From Squalus acanthias (lineage: Eukaryota), in contig CM059432.1 in assembly GCA_030390025.1 (NCBI GenBank), positions 90,398,001-90,462,000 of the forward strand: a stretch of DNA of 64,000 nucleotides, given 5' to 3'. Under the pieces are notes generated by a model. It did not search any database. It saw only the letters and a program-made list of their open reading frames with translations, and had not been told where the DNA came from. Position 1 is the first letter of the stretch, and each line of letters opens with the position of its first letter. Positions 51,001 to 64,000 of this stretch are shown piece after piece. The position numbers were made by a program, and so were the translations under genes.

Positions 51001-51680
51001 TTAACGTCCCTGAAGGTGGCAGGACATATTGAGAGAGTGGTTAACAATAACAAAGCATATGGGATCTTGGGCTTCATCATAGAAGTATTGAGTACAAAAG
51101 TAGAGAAGTTATGCTGCACCTTTTTAAAGCGCTGGTTAGGCCACAACTGGAGTATTGCGTCCAGTTCTGGTCACCACACTTGTGAAGACCCTTGAGAGGG
51201 TGCAGAGGAGATTTACCAGAATGGTTCCGGGGATGGGGGATCTTAGCTACAAGGACAGGTTGAAGAAGCTGGATTTGTTTTCATTAGAGCAAAGGAGGTT
51301 GAGGGGTGATTTGATAGACATGTACAAGGTTATGACGGGTTTGGATAGGCTAGACGGGGAAAGGCTGTTCCCACTAGTTGATGGTACAAGGACTAGAGGA
51401 CACATATTCAAGGTTTTGGGCAAGAGATACAGGGGGGATGTGAGGAAAAACTTTTTTACGCAGCGAGTGGTGATGACCTGGAATTCGCTGCCGACGGAAG
51501 TGGTGGAAGCGGACACACTCAATGTTTTCAAGGGGAGACTGGATAGGCACTTGAGGGAAATAAACTTGCAGGGCTACGGGAATAGAGCGAGGGAATGGGA
51601 CTGACTGCATTGCTCTACAGAGAGCCGGCACGGACTCGATGGGCCGAATGGCCTCCTTCTGTGCCGTTATGACTCTGACT
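48015..51680 (+). mobile_element. Near-full-length CR1 LINE (ORF1 esterase plus ORF2 APE/RT and 3' UTR), many stops and frameshifts
   Basis: ORF 48056..48637 (GDSIVRG, GTNN, DGLHLN: SGNH blocks); [27 protein letters not shown]; tail gggccgaatggcctccttctgtgccgttatgactctga. Confidence 0.93.
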
Positions 51681-51932
51681 ATATTAGCATATCCTAATTG
51701 GCCACTGACCCCTGAGATGTTATGATTAACTTTGATGGGACACCTGACAGGCTGACACAGAGCAAATTGTAACACGAGACATGTGTAATAAAGTTTTTGT
51801 AAGAGCTGTGACCTGTTAGAGATTAAATAAAGCCACTAAGGTGGTTTGTAAACCAAAAAAGAGCAACTGATTTCATGATTTTTAAGAGTTTGATTGTCTT
51901 GTGATCTGAGAGGGTGGGGTGGCAATATATAC

Positions 51933-52257
51933 TTGAGTTCATAAAGCTAGGCTGACACTCCAGTGCAGTGCTGAGGGAGTGCTGTACTGTCGGAGGTGCC
52001 GTCTTTCGGATGAGGCGTTAAACCGAGGCCCCGTCTGCTCTCTCAGGTGGACGTAAAAGATCCCATGGCACGATTTCGAAGAAGAGCAGGGGAGTTATCC
52101 CCTGTGTCCTGGCCAATATTTATCCCTCAACCAACATAATAGAAACAGATTATCTGGTCATTATCACATTGCTGTTTATGGGACCTTGCTGTGTGCAATT
52201 TTGGCTGCCGCGTTTCCTACATTGCAACAGTGACTCCACTTCAAAAGTACTTCACTA
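51933..52257 (+). mobile_element. Deu-domain SINE (SacSINE1-like)
   Basis: gagggagtgctgtactgtcggaggtgccgtctttcggatgaggcgttaaaccgaggccccgtctgctctctcaggtggacgtaaaagatcccatggca core. Confidence 0.85.
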
Positions 52258-52439
52258 AGGTTGAGATCATCTATTCAGTTTCCTCTGCCACATTCCTCCC
52301 TTTCCCCTTGCCCACCAAGCAAACCTCAGTCAAGGTTCACCCCCCTGCATCTAGTTTAAATACTACCCCATCATTCTATCTATCCTGCCTGCCACCACCT
52401 CTACACCTTTTGTTTTGGTGGAACTCATCTGGTCTGTAT

Positions 52440-53150
52440 AGGCTCCGCCCATTTCAAATGGTGTCCCCTGAGGAATCAAAATCATGATGCCCTACACCAA
52501 TGCCTTAGTTTGTTCTGTATAATTACCCTCTACTTTTTCACGAGTATGTGACATGGGTAGTATTTCAGAAAATGCTACACGAGGTACTTCCTAATACCCT
52601 AAATCTAGCATGAAGGACCTCTGGTCTACTTCTAACTATGCTGTTTGTTCCCACATGGTTCCTCACCTGCACCCTCTAGCATTCTGTCAACTTTGGGCGC
52701 CAGATCTTTGACCCGTGTACCTGGGAGACAACATACTATTCACTTTTTCTGGGACAGTTGCACAGAATTCTATTTGTTAACTGAATAATAGATTTCCCTA
52801 ATAACCACACCTTGTTTGTTACTCTCTCTTTCCTCGTTCGCCAACTCTTGAATCTCCAGATCATCCCATTTCAGAGGAGAGAAACTGTTGGAGAGCACCA
52901 GGGATGATTGCACCAGCCGCACTACCTGACCATGAATTCTGGTACCCCTTTCTAACAGAGCCCCACTCTCCTCTAGGTACCAGGATCTCCTCTTCTACTC
53001 GAACCAGCAGTGTGGTCTTCTCTAATACCTTATCTATAAAAACTCTCCCTCCCTAATATTTTGATTTGTGGCCAGTTGCACACTAAAGCTGGACACTTCA
53101 GCCTTCAGTGCATCAAACAGCTTGCAGATGACACTGTCCAGAATTATTTT
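52440..53150 (-). mobile_element. Old CR1 ORF1 (esterase) remnant
   Basis: Reverse complement of about 52700-52737 reads VCCLPGTRVKDL. Confidence 0.6.
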
Positions 53151-54679
53151 TGAGACCCTACAGCTATGTAGTTTTAACTTAAAAATGTCAGAAATTCACT
53201 TGTTGGTCTAAACTTAATTTCCCTTGTTTAAAGCAGATTTCTGAGGTTCCAGTTTGTTAGAAATATTTTTAAGCTTGTTTTTATCACTGTTGCTGGATTA
53301 TTTTATTAAAAAAATAAAGGCATAGGCAATGGTGCATGCACATGTATGAATCCATGAATAATAACTTCATCTTAGGAGCAACTCTTTTAGATTTTAACCA
53401 AAGCTCATAAGTACTTAATAATTATAAGACATATTATTCCATTTGAAAACACACGCTGGTTTTATAAAATGCATGTATTTTTGTACGACATGTTTCACAT
53501 ATATGTATTCTCAAAAACCAATTGCTCAGAGGAATTCTTGCACATGACCCTATGTTTACTTCTAACTGCCAAGCAGCATGAGAATACTATCCAAAAAGTT
53601 AAAGAAAGAGACATTTTGTTAAATAGAGCAGAAGCCACAAGCATCCTGGTAGCACAGTGCATTAATTAATGTCCAGCTTATTTCTTTCCTTTTCCTTGAA
53701 TGTAGACTGAACAGAAGTGAGTTGCTGGGCTAAAGTAAAGACAGTGATTTCTTAGTGTTCAAGCTATAAGTATTGGTGCCAATACTACCTTTGGTGGGAC
53801 CGAGACAATCCAAGTTTTCTGATTGTGAATAATTATTAAATTATTATAGTGTAGAAGTTACACCTGGGAATAAAAAGATCATATGTCTTTAAATAACTAT
53901 CAGTATGAAATTAATCTTTTCAAATAATTCTTTGGAAAAAAAAATTAATGTGCTTCATCTACAAATGCCCATGTGATATTTGGCATGTAGTGGGAAATTA
54001 TATAGGGTAGTGGGAAACCTATAGTAAGAAACATTAAAATTGAGTCCTATTTTTTTCCCAAAACAAAGACACAGACATCTGAGCCTAAAATCTTACAGAA
54101 TTGGGTAAAATTTGAGTAACCTGATATGGACATCATTAGGTTTTCAGCTTTGTTCATTGCTCAACATTTCAGTGCTTTTCTTTTTTTGTTGTTGTCCAGT
54201 GTGCTTGCTTCAGGGCATTTTGTCTTGGTTATATTTGAAATTCATCAGCTGCAGCAAAATACCAGAAAGAATTTAAAAATTAGGACATTTGAAATAATGG
54301 AGAATCCCCCATGTGCAAGAAAATAAAGCCATTGCACATGGTATTTAACATTACAGAATACCCTCTTTAAGCTGCATCTCTGTTCAAGTGCCAGTGCTGG
54401 CTCATCTACTGGAGTTATCTATTCTAATTTAATTTCTTGCATTTTTATATCTGCTTTTCAAGTACATAATTTCATTTTAAATGATATAATCTCTGCTTCG
54501 ATAGCCATTTGTGATCAAGTATTTTATTTTCTAATAATCCTCTGTCTGGTGGTGGTGGGGGGGTGGTACAGGATCTGAAAAGAATCTGCAGACCATCTGC
54601 AAAAACAATTACCCGTCAATTGGCCACTAATTTAAATTAAAATTTGTGTAATCTGCACACTTGATTTTGTTTCTATCCT

Positions 54680-55620
54680 CGCGTTCCAGATCATTTTATA
54701 TGCGCTGTAAACAGCACTGATCCCAGTGTCACCTCACTAGTGATCTCTCGTCATGTTAATGCAGTTACATTCACAACCATCCTTTGTATTTTCTGGTTTA
54801 GCCAACTTTCAATCCATCTGAGAAGCTTACTTCCTATCTCACACCTTCCTGCTTTGCAGTCTAACTGTTTGTGTCACATGGTATCAGAAGCCTTGCTGAC
54901 AACAAACGTTTGACTCACTTGTGTGCAGTTCCCTGGGTCATCCCTGTTTTAAAGATTAATGTTATGTTTTCTACTTTCCAATGCTCGGGCATTACTCCAG
55001 TTTCTAATGATCCTTAAAGATAGTGGCAAGGATGTAACCGATTTTGCTAGCTACTTCTATAAATATCCTAGTAATCTGGGACTAGTACCTTGTTTTCCTT
55101 AATTTCCCTAGCCTGTCTGTAACCGACTTAACTAAAATTCTATTTACTTAGTACTTCCTGGGTTAGAAATTAGTCTGGGCCCATTTTTGGTCCGGAGCAG
55201 AGTTCAACCCCCATGCTGGAGAAACTATTCCTGTTCTCTGTGTGAAATCAGAAAATAAAAAACTAGTGTCATTCATACCATGTCAGCTTTTGGGGCCTTT
55301 CATTGGTCCCAATATTTCCTTTTTCCTGCAAATATATATTGACAAACTATTGACATTTTTTAATATGTTTCCTGCTGTCATAAGGTCATTTTCTATTTTA
55401 GCTTTCCTGACAAGTTTCTTAACCAATTTTTGTCTTTTTATCTTTGTTTTGTTCTACTGTACTGCTTGTACTGCAGCTTTATATTTTAGGAGCAAATGTT
55501 TTTGCCATTATCCACTACATTACTTCTGTTGATGACTTCAGTCTTTTTTCTCCCTGTTACCCTTCTCCTTTAGTGTTCTGTATCTGTTTTGCACTTTGAA
55601 GGTACTATTTCTAAACCTGC
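54680..55620 (-). mobile_element. Highly decayed CR1 ORF2 remnant
   Basis: Degenerate reverse RT-region motifs (tcagaagccttg, gcactgatccc). Confidence 0.45.
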
Positions 55621-55669
55621 TTACATCTAGGCGCAAAGGATCTTCCTACACTTGTACTGCCTATAAGAG

Positions 55670-58340
55670 TATCAAGGGATTACATAGGATATACAGCAAA
55701 GAAACAGGGTATTTGGCCCAACTAGTCCATGCTCCACTCAAGCCTCCTCCCGTCTTTCCTCATCAAACTCTATTAGCAGAAACCTCTATTCCCTTCTCCC
55801 TCATATGCTTATCTAGCCTCCCCTTAAATGCATTTATACTATTCACTTCAGCCACTCCCTGTGGTAGCGAGTTCCATATTCTCACCACTCTATGGGCAAA
55901 GAAGTTTCTTCTGAATTCCCTATTTGATTTCTTGGTGACTATCTTATATTGATGGCATCTAGTTTTGCTCTTACCCACAAGTAGAAACACTCTCTGTATC
56001 TACTCTATCAAAACCTTTCATAATTTTATAGACCGCTATTAGGTCATCCCTCAGCCTCTTTTTCAAGAGAAAAAAGACCCAGCCTGTTCATCCTTTCCTG
56101 ATCGGTATAAACTTGCATTTCTGCTATCATCTTAGTAAATCTTTTTTGCATGCTCTCCCGTGCCTCTATATCCTTTTTTATAATATGACGACCAGCATTG
56201 TACGCAGTACTCTAAGTGTGGTCTAACCAAGGTACGATACAAGTTTAGCATAACTTCTCTACTTTTCAATTCTATCCCTCTAGCAATAAACCCCAGTGCT
56301 TGGTTTGCTTTTTTTATGGCCTTATTGACCTGCATTGCTACTTTTAGTGATTTGTGTATTTGTACTCCGAGATCTCTTTGCTCTTCTACCCCATTTAGAT
56401 TCTTCTTTTCCAAGTATTAGTGACCTCCTTATTTTTCTTACCAAAATGTAATAGCTCACATTTACGTGTGTTGAAATTCATTTCCCAATTAAATGGCCAT
56501 TCTGCAAGTTTATTAATGTCGTCTTGTAATTTGCAGTCCTCCTCAGTATTGACTCCTCCCCCCCCCCCCCCCAAAAAAAAAAATTGGTATCATCTGCAAA
56601 TTTAGAAATTGTGTTTTTGATTCCAAAGTCTAAATCGTTGATATAAATTGTGAACAACAGTGGTCCCAGCACTGATCCTTGTGGGACACCACTTTCCACC
56701 TTCTGCCACTCTGAATAGCTACCCTTTATCCCTACTCTCTGCTTTCTGTCTTGAAGCCAGCTAGCTATCCATTCTGCTACTTGCCTCCTGACTCTGCATT
56801 CTCTGACCTTATTCATTAGTCTATTATGTGGTACCTTATCAAAGGCCTTTTGTAAATCTAGATAAATGACATCTACTGTATTACCCTTGTCTATTCTCTT
56901 TGTTACCTCTTCAAAGAATTCAGTTAGGTTGGTCAAGCAAGACTTTCCCTTTTCCTCTGGCACTACACCTTTTTCTAACATTAAATATGTGTAATAGTGC
57001 TTCTGCTATCTCTTCCCTAGATTCTTTTAAAATGCGCAGATGTAGCCAATCTGGACATGGGGTTTTATCCTCTGAGTTTGATTAGTTTATTTAATATTTC
57101 TCCCTTTTTGTTTTAAATGCGGTTATCTCATTTCTAATCTCCTCTTCCGATGTCATGTCCACCTGATCTGTTTCCCTGGTAAATACTGAAGCAAAGTAAT
57201 TATTTAATATTTCTGCCATTTTGCTATCGCTGCCTGTGATTTTATCCTGTCCATCCCATATTGGTCCTATTCCCATCCTCACTTTCCTTTTCTTATTTAT
57301 GTGCCTGTAGAATCTTTTACTGTTTTTTGTTTTATGTTCCTTGATAATTTAATTTCATAGTTCCTCTTTGCCTTCCTAATTGTTTATTTGGCTTCTCTCC
57401 TAATCTCTTCGTATTCTCCCTTGTCATGCTCTCCCCTGCTGTCCATGTACTTTGTGTATGTCTCTTTCCTTACCCTCAATTTTTCCCTTATGTCTTTATT
57501 CATCCATGGTGTCTCATTAGTGCTTAGCTTCTTGTTTTTTAGCGGAAAATATTTTTCCTGGACTCTGCTTAACACCGTTTTAAATGTTTCCCTTTGCTGT
57601 TCTACATCAGTTTGCCAATATTATTGTCCATTTTATTTTCCCAAGTTCTCTTCTCAGTCCCTCAAAATTGGTGTTTCTTCAATCTATTACCCTGGTTGTC
57701 TTCATACTTATGTCGTTCTCTATTATCTTAAAGCGTATTATATTATGGTCATTTGCTTAGATGTTCCCCTACTTTTACTTCTCTTATCTGCTCTGGTTCA
57801 TTCCCCATTACTAGATCCAGTAGCAAGTCCTCCCTTGTCGGGCCTCTTGCATACTGGGTTAGAAAGGAGTCTTGTACACCTTGTAGGAACTCCATTCCCT
57901 TATCCTCTTTACCTTTCTCTCTGGCCAATTAATTTTGGGGTAGTTGAAATCCCCTATGATTATTCTAGTTTTTTACTCATTTCTCTAATTTTTTTGCATG
58001 TTTCTACCTCCACCTCCCTTCCACAATTAGGTGGTCTGTAGACTACCCCTATTAGTGTGATTGATCCTTTATTATCGTTTATCTCTAGCCACATGGATTC
58101 TATTTCTGTCTTACTGGTAGCTGTGCCACTTTTTTCTACTGCCATTATGTTCTCTCTGATAAGTACAGCTACTCTACCTCCCCTTTTTTCCTCTCTATCT
58201 TTTCTAAATGTTATACCCTGCAATGTTTAATTCACAGTCCTGATTTTTCTGTAGCCATGTCTCCTTAACCCTACTATATCTGATTCTTCGGAACGTATTA
58301 TTGCCTCCAGTTCCCCTGTTTTATTATGGACACTGTGCAT
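55670..58340 (-). mobile_element. CR1 LINE ORF2 (older subfamily)
   Basis: Minus ORFs 57960..58223 (VYRPPN), 56478..56981 ([16 protein letters not shown]) and 56132..56413. Confidence 0.88.
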
Positions 58341-60142
58341 TGCTGTACAGACCTTTTAATTCATTTTTAATAGCAGTTCCTCTCTCTTTATTTTTAACCA
58401 TCTTTTTGCACTCCTGTTCTATAACTCTCTTTATTCCCTGGCTATCTACCTCCTCCCTTAGTTTAGTCTTTTGTATGCTCTCCTTTTTTGTTTCATTTTA
58501 TATTTAGGCTGCTTTCATTTCTGCTTCACTGTTTTGCTTTGTCTGGAATGGGTCTTCGATAAATCATTCCTCCCCATGTGTGTTATGGAGTGTAGCCAAC
58601 TGGTCCTCAAGTAATTGCCGTTAGTGGCAACTTCTCTTGAGGGCAGCACAGACCAAGAACTATCCCTGGATGACCAGTTGGTTCTGGTGCCTTTTTGCAG
58701 GGATATCGGTGCCTGCCTTTTTATTAAGTTGTAGCACTGCTGGAAAGCCTAGGATTTGTGTTAAGTGAGGAGAAATAGCAAGTGTATCCTTATTTATTCA
58801 GTCGAGCCCACTTCCAGATGTGAAGGGATATCTTTTTTATTCATTCACGGGATGTACGCGTCTCTGGCAAGGCCAGCATTTATTGCCCATCCCTAATTGC
58901 ACTTGAGAAGGTGGTGATGAGCTGCCTTATTGAATCACTGCAGTTTGTGTAGTGAAGGCATTCCCACAGTGCTGTTAGGTGGGGAGTTCCAGAATTTTGA
59001 CCCAGCGACGATAAAGGAATGGCAATATAATTCCAAGTCAGGATGATGTGTGACTTAGAGGGAAACATGGAGTTGGTGGTGGTCCCATTCTCCTGCTGCC
59101 CTTGTCCTTCTAGGTGGTAGAGGCTGCGGGTTTGGGGGAGGTGCTGTTGATGAAGTCTTGGCGAGTTGCTGCAGTGCATCTTTTTGATGGTACACACTGC
59201 AGATATGGTGCGCTGCTGGTGGAGGGAGTGACTGTTTAAGGTGGTGGATGGGGTGCCAATCAAGCAGTTGCTTTGTCCTGGATGGTGTCGAGCTTCTTGA
59301 GTGTTGGAGCTGCATCCATCCAGGCAAGGTGGAGGTGGGTCACCCACCGCAGAATACCCAGCTTCTGACCTGTTCTACTGTCGCCACAGTATTTATTTAT
59401 GTGGCTAGTCCAGTTAAGTTTCTGGTCAATGGTAACCCCCAGGATGTTGATGGTGAGAGATTCAACAATGGTATTGCCGTTGAATGTCAATGGGAGGTGG
59501 TTAGACTCTCTTTTGTTGGAGCTAGCCATTGCCTGGCACTTGTGTGGCACGAATGTTTCTCGCTACTTATCAGCCCAAGCCTGAATGTTGTCCAGGGCTT
59601 GCTGAATGCAGGCACGAGCTGTTTCCTTATCTGAGGAGTCGCAAATTGAACTGAACACTGTGCAATCATCGGCGAGCAACCCCACTTCTGACCTTATGGA
59701 GGGAAGGTCATTGATGAAACAGCTGAAGATGGTTGGGCTGAGGACACTGCCCTGAGGAACTCCTGCAGCGATGTCCTGAGGCTGAGATGATTGGCCTCCA
59801 GCAACCACAACCATTTTCCTTTGTGCTAGGTATGATTTTCGCCTGTGGAGAGTTTTTCCCCTGATTCCCATTGACTTCAATTTCACTAGGGCTCCTTGAT
59901 GTGACACTCTGTCAAATGCTGCCTTAATGTCAAAGGCAGTCACTCTCACCTTGCCTCTGGAATTCAGCTCTTTTGTTCATCTTTGGACCAAGCCTGTAAT
60001 GAAGTCTGGAGCAGAGTGGTCCTGGTGGAACCCAAACTGAGCATTGATGAGTAAGATCCGCTTGATAGCACTGTTGAATACACCTTCCATCACTTGGATG
60101 ATGATTGAGAGTAGACTGATGGGGTGGTAATTGACTGGATTG

Positions 60143-62073
60143 GGAAAATTTTAGAAACCAGCAAAGGATGACTAAAAAAATAATAGAGGGAGAAAATAGC
60201 TTATGAGAGTAAACTAGCAAGAAATATAAAAACTGACAGTAAGAGCTTCTACGAGTATATAAAAAGGAAGAGAGTAGCTAAAGTAAACATTGCTCCCTTA
60301 GACGACGAGACTGGGGAAATAATAATGGAAAACAAGGAAATGGCAGAGGCATTGAACAAATATTTTGTATCTGTCTTCACAGTAGAGGACATTAAAAACA
60401 TCCCAGTAATAGTAGAAAATCAAGGGACAAAAGGGAGGGAGGAACTTAAAACTATCACTAGAGAAAAGGTGCTAGGCAAACTTATGGGTCTAAAGGCTGA
60501 CAAGTCCCCTGGACCTGATGGCCTGCATCCTAGAGTCTTAAAAGAAGTGGCTACAGAGATAGTGGATGCATTGGTTGTAATCTTCCAAAATTCCCGTGGC
60601 TCTGGAAAAGTCCCAGCGGATTGGAAAACCGCAAATCTAACTCCCTTCAAAAAAGGAGGGAGACAGAATGCAGAAACTATAGGCCAGTTAGCCTAGCATC
60701 CATCATTGGAAAAATGCTCGAATCCATTATTAAAGAAGTAGTAGCAGGGCAGTTAGAAAATCATAATCAAACAGAGTCAATGTGGTTTTATGAAAGGGAA
60801 ATCGTGTTTGACAAATCTATTAGAGTTCTTTGAGGAAGTAACGAGCAGGGTGGATAAAGGGGAACCAGTAGATGTAGTGTATTTGGATTTCCAAAAGGCA
60901 TTCGACAAGGTGCCACATAAAAGGTTACTGCATAAGATAAGAGCTCATGGTGTTGGGGGTAATATATTAGATTGGATAGAGGATTGGCTAACTAACAGAA
61001 AACAGAGAGTCGGGATAAATGGGTCATTTTCAGGATGACAATCTGTAACTAGTGGGGTGCCACAGGGATTAGTGCTGGGGCCTCAACTATTTTCAATCTA
61101 TATTAATGACTTGGATGAAGGAAGTGAGTGTATTGTAGCCAAATTTGCTGACGATACAAAGATAGGTGGGAAAGCAAGTTGTGAGGAGGACATAGAGTCT
61201 GCAAAGGGATATAGATATGTTAAGTGAGTGGGCAAGAATTTGGCAGATGGAGTTTAATGTGGGAAAATGTGAAGTTATCCACTTTGGTAGGAAGAATAGA
61301 AAAGAAAAATATTTAAATGGAGAAAGACTGCACAATGCGGTGGTACAGTGGGATTTGGGTGTCCTCGTACATGAAACACAAAAAGCTAACATGCAGGTGC
61401 AGCAAGTAATTAGGAAGGCAAATGGAATGTTGGCCTTTATTTCAAGGGGGATAGAGTATAAAAGTAGGGAAGTCTTGCTACAACTGTACAGGGCGATGGT
61501 GAGACCACACCTGGAGTACTGCGTACAGTTTTGGTCCCCTTATTTAAGGAGGGATATACTTGCATTGGAGGCAGTTCAGAGAAGGTTCACGAGGTTGATT
61601 CCTGGGATGGAAGGATTGTCTTATGAGGAAAGGTTGAGCAGGTTGGGCCTATACACCATTGGCGTTTAGACGAATGAGAGGTGATCTTATTGAAACATAT
61701 AAGATTCTGAGGGGGTTGGACAGGGTAGATGCTGAGAGGATGTTTCCCCTAGTGGGGGAATCTAGAACGAGGGGGCATATTTTCAGAATAAGGGGTCGCC
61801 CATTTAAGATGGAGATGTGGAGGAATTTCTTCTCTGAGGGTCATGAATCTTTGGAATTCTTTACCCCAGAGAGATGTGGAAGCTGAGTCATTGAATATAT
61901 TCAAGGCTGAGATAGACAGATTTTTGAGCAACAGGGGAATCGAGGGTTATGGGGAGCGGGCAGGAAAGTGGAGCCGAGGCCAAAATCGGATCACCCATGA
62001 TCTCGTTAAATGGCGGAGCAGGCTCTAGGGGCCGAATGGCCTGCTCCTGCTCCTATTTCTTATGTTCTTATGT
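60143..62073 (+). mobile_element. 5'-truncated CR1 LINE (family A)
   Basis: RT ORF pieces 60325..61669; tail cctgctcctatttcttatgttcttatgt. Confidence 0.92.
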
Positions 62074-63217
62074 TCCTGCTTTTTGTGGACAGGTCACACC
62101 TGGGTAATTTTCCACTTTGTTGGGTAGATGGTAGTGTTGTAGCTGTACTGGAACAGCTTGGCTAGAGGCGTGGCTAGTTCTGGAGTACAAGTCTTCAGCA
62201 CAACATCTGGGATGTTGTCGGGTTCTATAGCCTTTGCTGTATGCAGTGTGTTCTACTTGATATGTGGAGTGAATCAAATTGGCTTAAGATTGGCTTCTGT
62301 GATGGTGGAAATCTCGGGAGGAGACTGAGACGGATCATCCACTAGGTGCTTCTGGCTGAAGATGGTTACCAACGTTTCAGCCTTGTCATTTGTAGTCGCT
62401 TGCTGGGCCCCGCCAGCATTGAGGATGTTGATGTTCATAGCGCTCCCTCCTCCCGTTAGTTGTTTAATTGCCCACCACCATTCATGACTGAATGTGGCAG
62501 GACTGCAGAGCTTTGATCTGATCCATTGGTTGTGGGATCGCTTAGCTCTGTTGATAGCATGGTGTTTCCGCTGTTCAGCATGCATGTCGTCCTGTGTTGC
62601 AGCTTCACTAGGTTGGCATCTCATATTTTTAGGTATGCCTGGTGCTGCTCTTGGCATGATCTTCTACATTCCTTATTGAAGCAGGGTTGGTCCCCTGGCT
62701 TGATGGTAATAGTAGAGTGAGGGATATGCTGGGCCAGGACTTTACATATTGTGGTGGAATACAATTTCTGCTGCTGCTAATGGCCCACAGCGTCTCATGG
62801 ATGCCCAGTTTTGAGTTGCTAGATCGGTTCTGAATCTGTCCCATTTAGCACGGTGACGGTGCCACACAACACGGTGGAGGGTGTCCTCAGTGTGGAGACG
62901 GGACTTCGTCTCCACAAGGACTTGTGCGGTAATAACTCCTACCAATACTGTTATGGACAGAGGCATCTGCGATAGGTAGATTGGTGATGACGAAGTCAAG
63001 TAGGTTTTTCGCTTGTGTTGGTTCTCTCTCCACCTGCCGCAGGCCCAGTCTGGCAGCTATGTTCTTCAGGGCTCAGTCAGTATTGGTGCTACCGAGCCAC
63101 TCTTGGGCATTGAAGTCCCCCACCCAGAATACATTCTGTGCCCTTGCTACTCTCAGTGCTTCTTCCAAGTGGTGTTCAACGTGGAGGAGTACTGATTCAT
63201 CAGCTGAGGGAGGGAGG

Positions 63218-63361
63218 CAACGTTCCAGCGGCCTGGAGGTCACGCGCAGTCCACTCACTGGCTTATACATGGAAGAAACCGTGCATGTGCGACAATTTGA
63301 ATGGGCCATGCAGCCAGTTAAAGGGACTTCGCAGGGAAAATAAAAATTAGCGGGAACAATG
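63218..63361. mobile_element. hAT-type MITE, same family as 43543-43708 in opposite orientation
   Basis: Termini CAACGTTCC / GGGAACAATG; flanks GAGGGAGG / GAGGACGG; internal ccctttaa..ggctgc..gcccattcaaa shared in reverse complement. Confidence 0.72.
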
Positions 63362-64000
63362 GAGGACGGTTGGTGTTAATCAGTTTTCCTTGCCTCTGTT
63401 TGACCAGATGCCATGGGGGTCGGAGTCAATGTTGAGGATTCCCAGGGCCACTCCCTCCTGACTGTGTACCACTGTGCCTCCAACTCTGGTGGGTCTGTCC
63501 TGCCGGTAGGACAGTACATACCCAGGGATGGTGATGGAGAAGTCTGAGACGTTGGCTGAAGGTTATGATTCTGAGAGTATGACTATGTCAGGCTGTTGCT
63601 TGACTGGTCTGTGGGACAGCTCTCCTAACTTTGGCGCAAGTCTCCAGATGTTACTGAGGAGGACTTTGCAGGGTCGACTGGGCTGGGTGTGCCTTTGTCG
63701 TGTCCAAATCTGATGCCTAGGTCGATGCCGGGTGGTCCGTCCGGTTTTATTCTTATTGTTTTTCATAGCGGATTCGTAGTGTTTTGATACAATAGAGTGG
63801 CTTGCTAAGCCGTTTTCAGAGGGCAGTTAAGAGTCAACCACGTTGCTTTTGGTCTGGAGTCACATTGGCCAGACTGGGTAAGGACGTCAGATTTCCTTCC
63901 CTAAAGGATATTAGTGAACCAGATGGGTTTTTACGACAATCTGGTAGTTTCATGGTCACCATTACTAATACTAGATTTTTTAATTCCAGAATTATTTAAT

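Larger units (their letters stand above)
58835..64000 (-). mobile_element. Long family B LINE (APE to 3' tail), interrupted by a family A CR1 (60143-62073) and a hAT MITE (63218-63361); may extend beyond the window
   Basis: [43 protein letters not shown] on the minus strand; sequence continuous across the insertions. Confidence 0.88.

Noticed and set aside
1..64000. Prokaryotic RT-based systems (retron, DGR, CRISPR-RT) suggested by the many RT ORFs
   Set aside because: All RT pieces are frameshifted vertebrate CR1/L2 ORF2 copies; no operons, repeat-spacer arrays or bacterial genes

Overview
Vertebrate genomic DNA, most likely a shark or other elasmobranch (inferred from the repeat families). 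Roughly two thirds is decayed, heavily nested transposable elements: two CR1-group LINE families (one with an SGNH-esterase ORF1 and an APE/RT ORF2), L2 fragments, tRNA-headed Deu-domain (SacSINE1-like) SINEs, Penelope-like tails, and DNA-transposon derivatives. The latter are PIF/Harbinger MITEs with 3-bp TSDs, a 2.1-kb Harbinger derivative with a Myb/SANT remnant, hAT-type MITEs with 8-bp TSDs and a TA-flanked pogo/Tigger-type MITE. No intact TE ORF and no prokaryotic system is present. Non-TE content is (i) a few + strand candidate exons of an unidentified coiled-coil gene, some with in-frame stops, and (ii) the most notable element, a TSD-flanked processed pseudogene of MRPL28 (45810-47006). 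That retrocopy lacks about 51 internal codons (probably a skipped exon), has no poly(A) tail, carries ~300 nt of promoter-like leader and lies just inside a hAT-type terminus. Family names come from recall, not database searches, and boundaries of old repeats are approximate.
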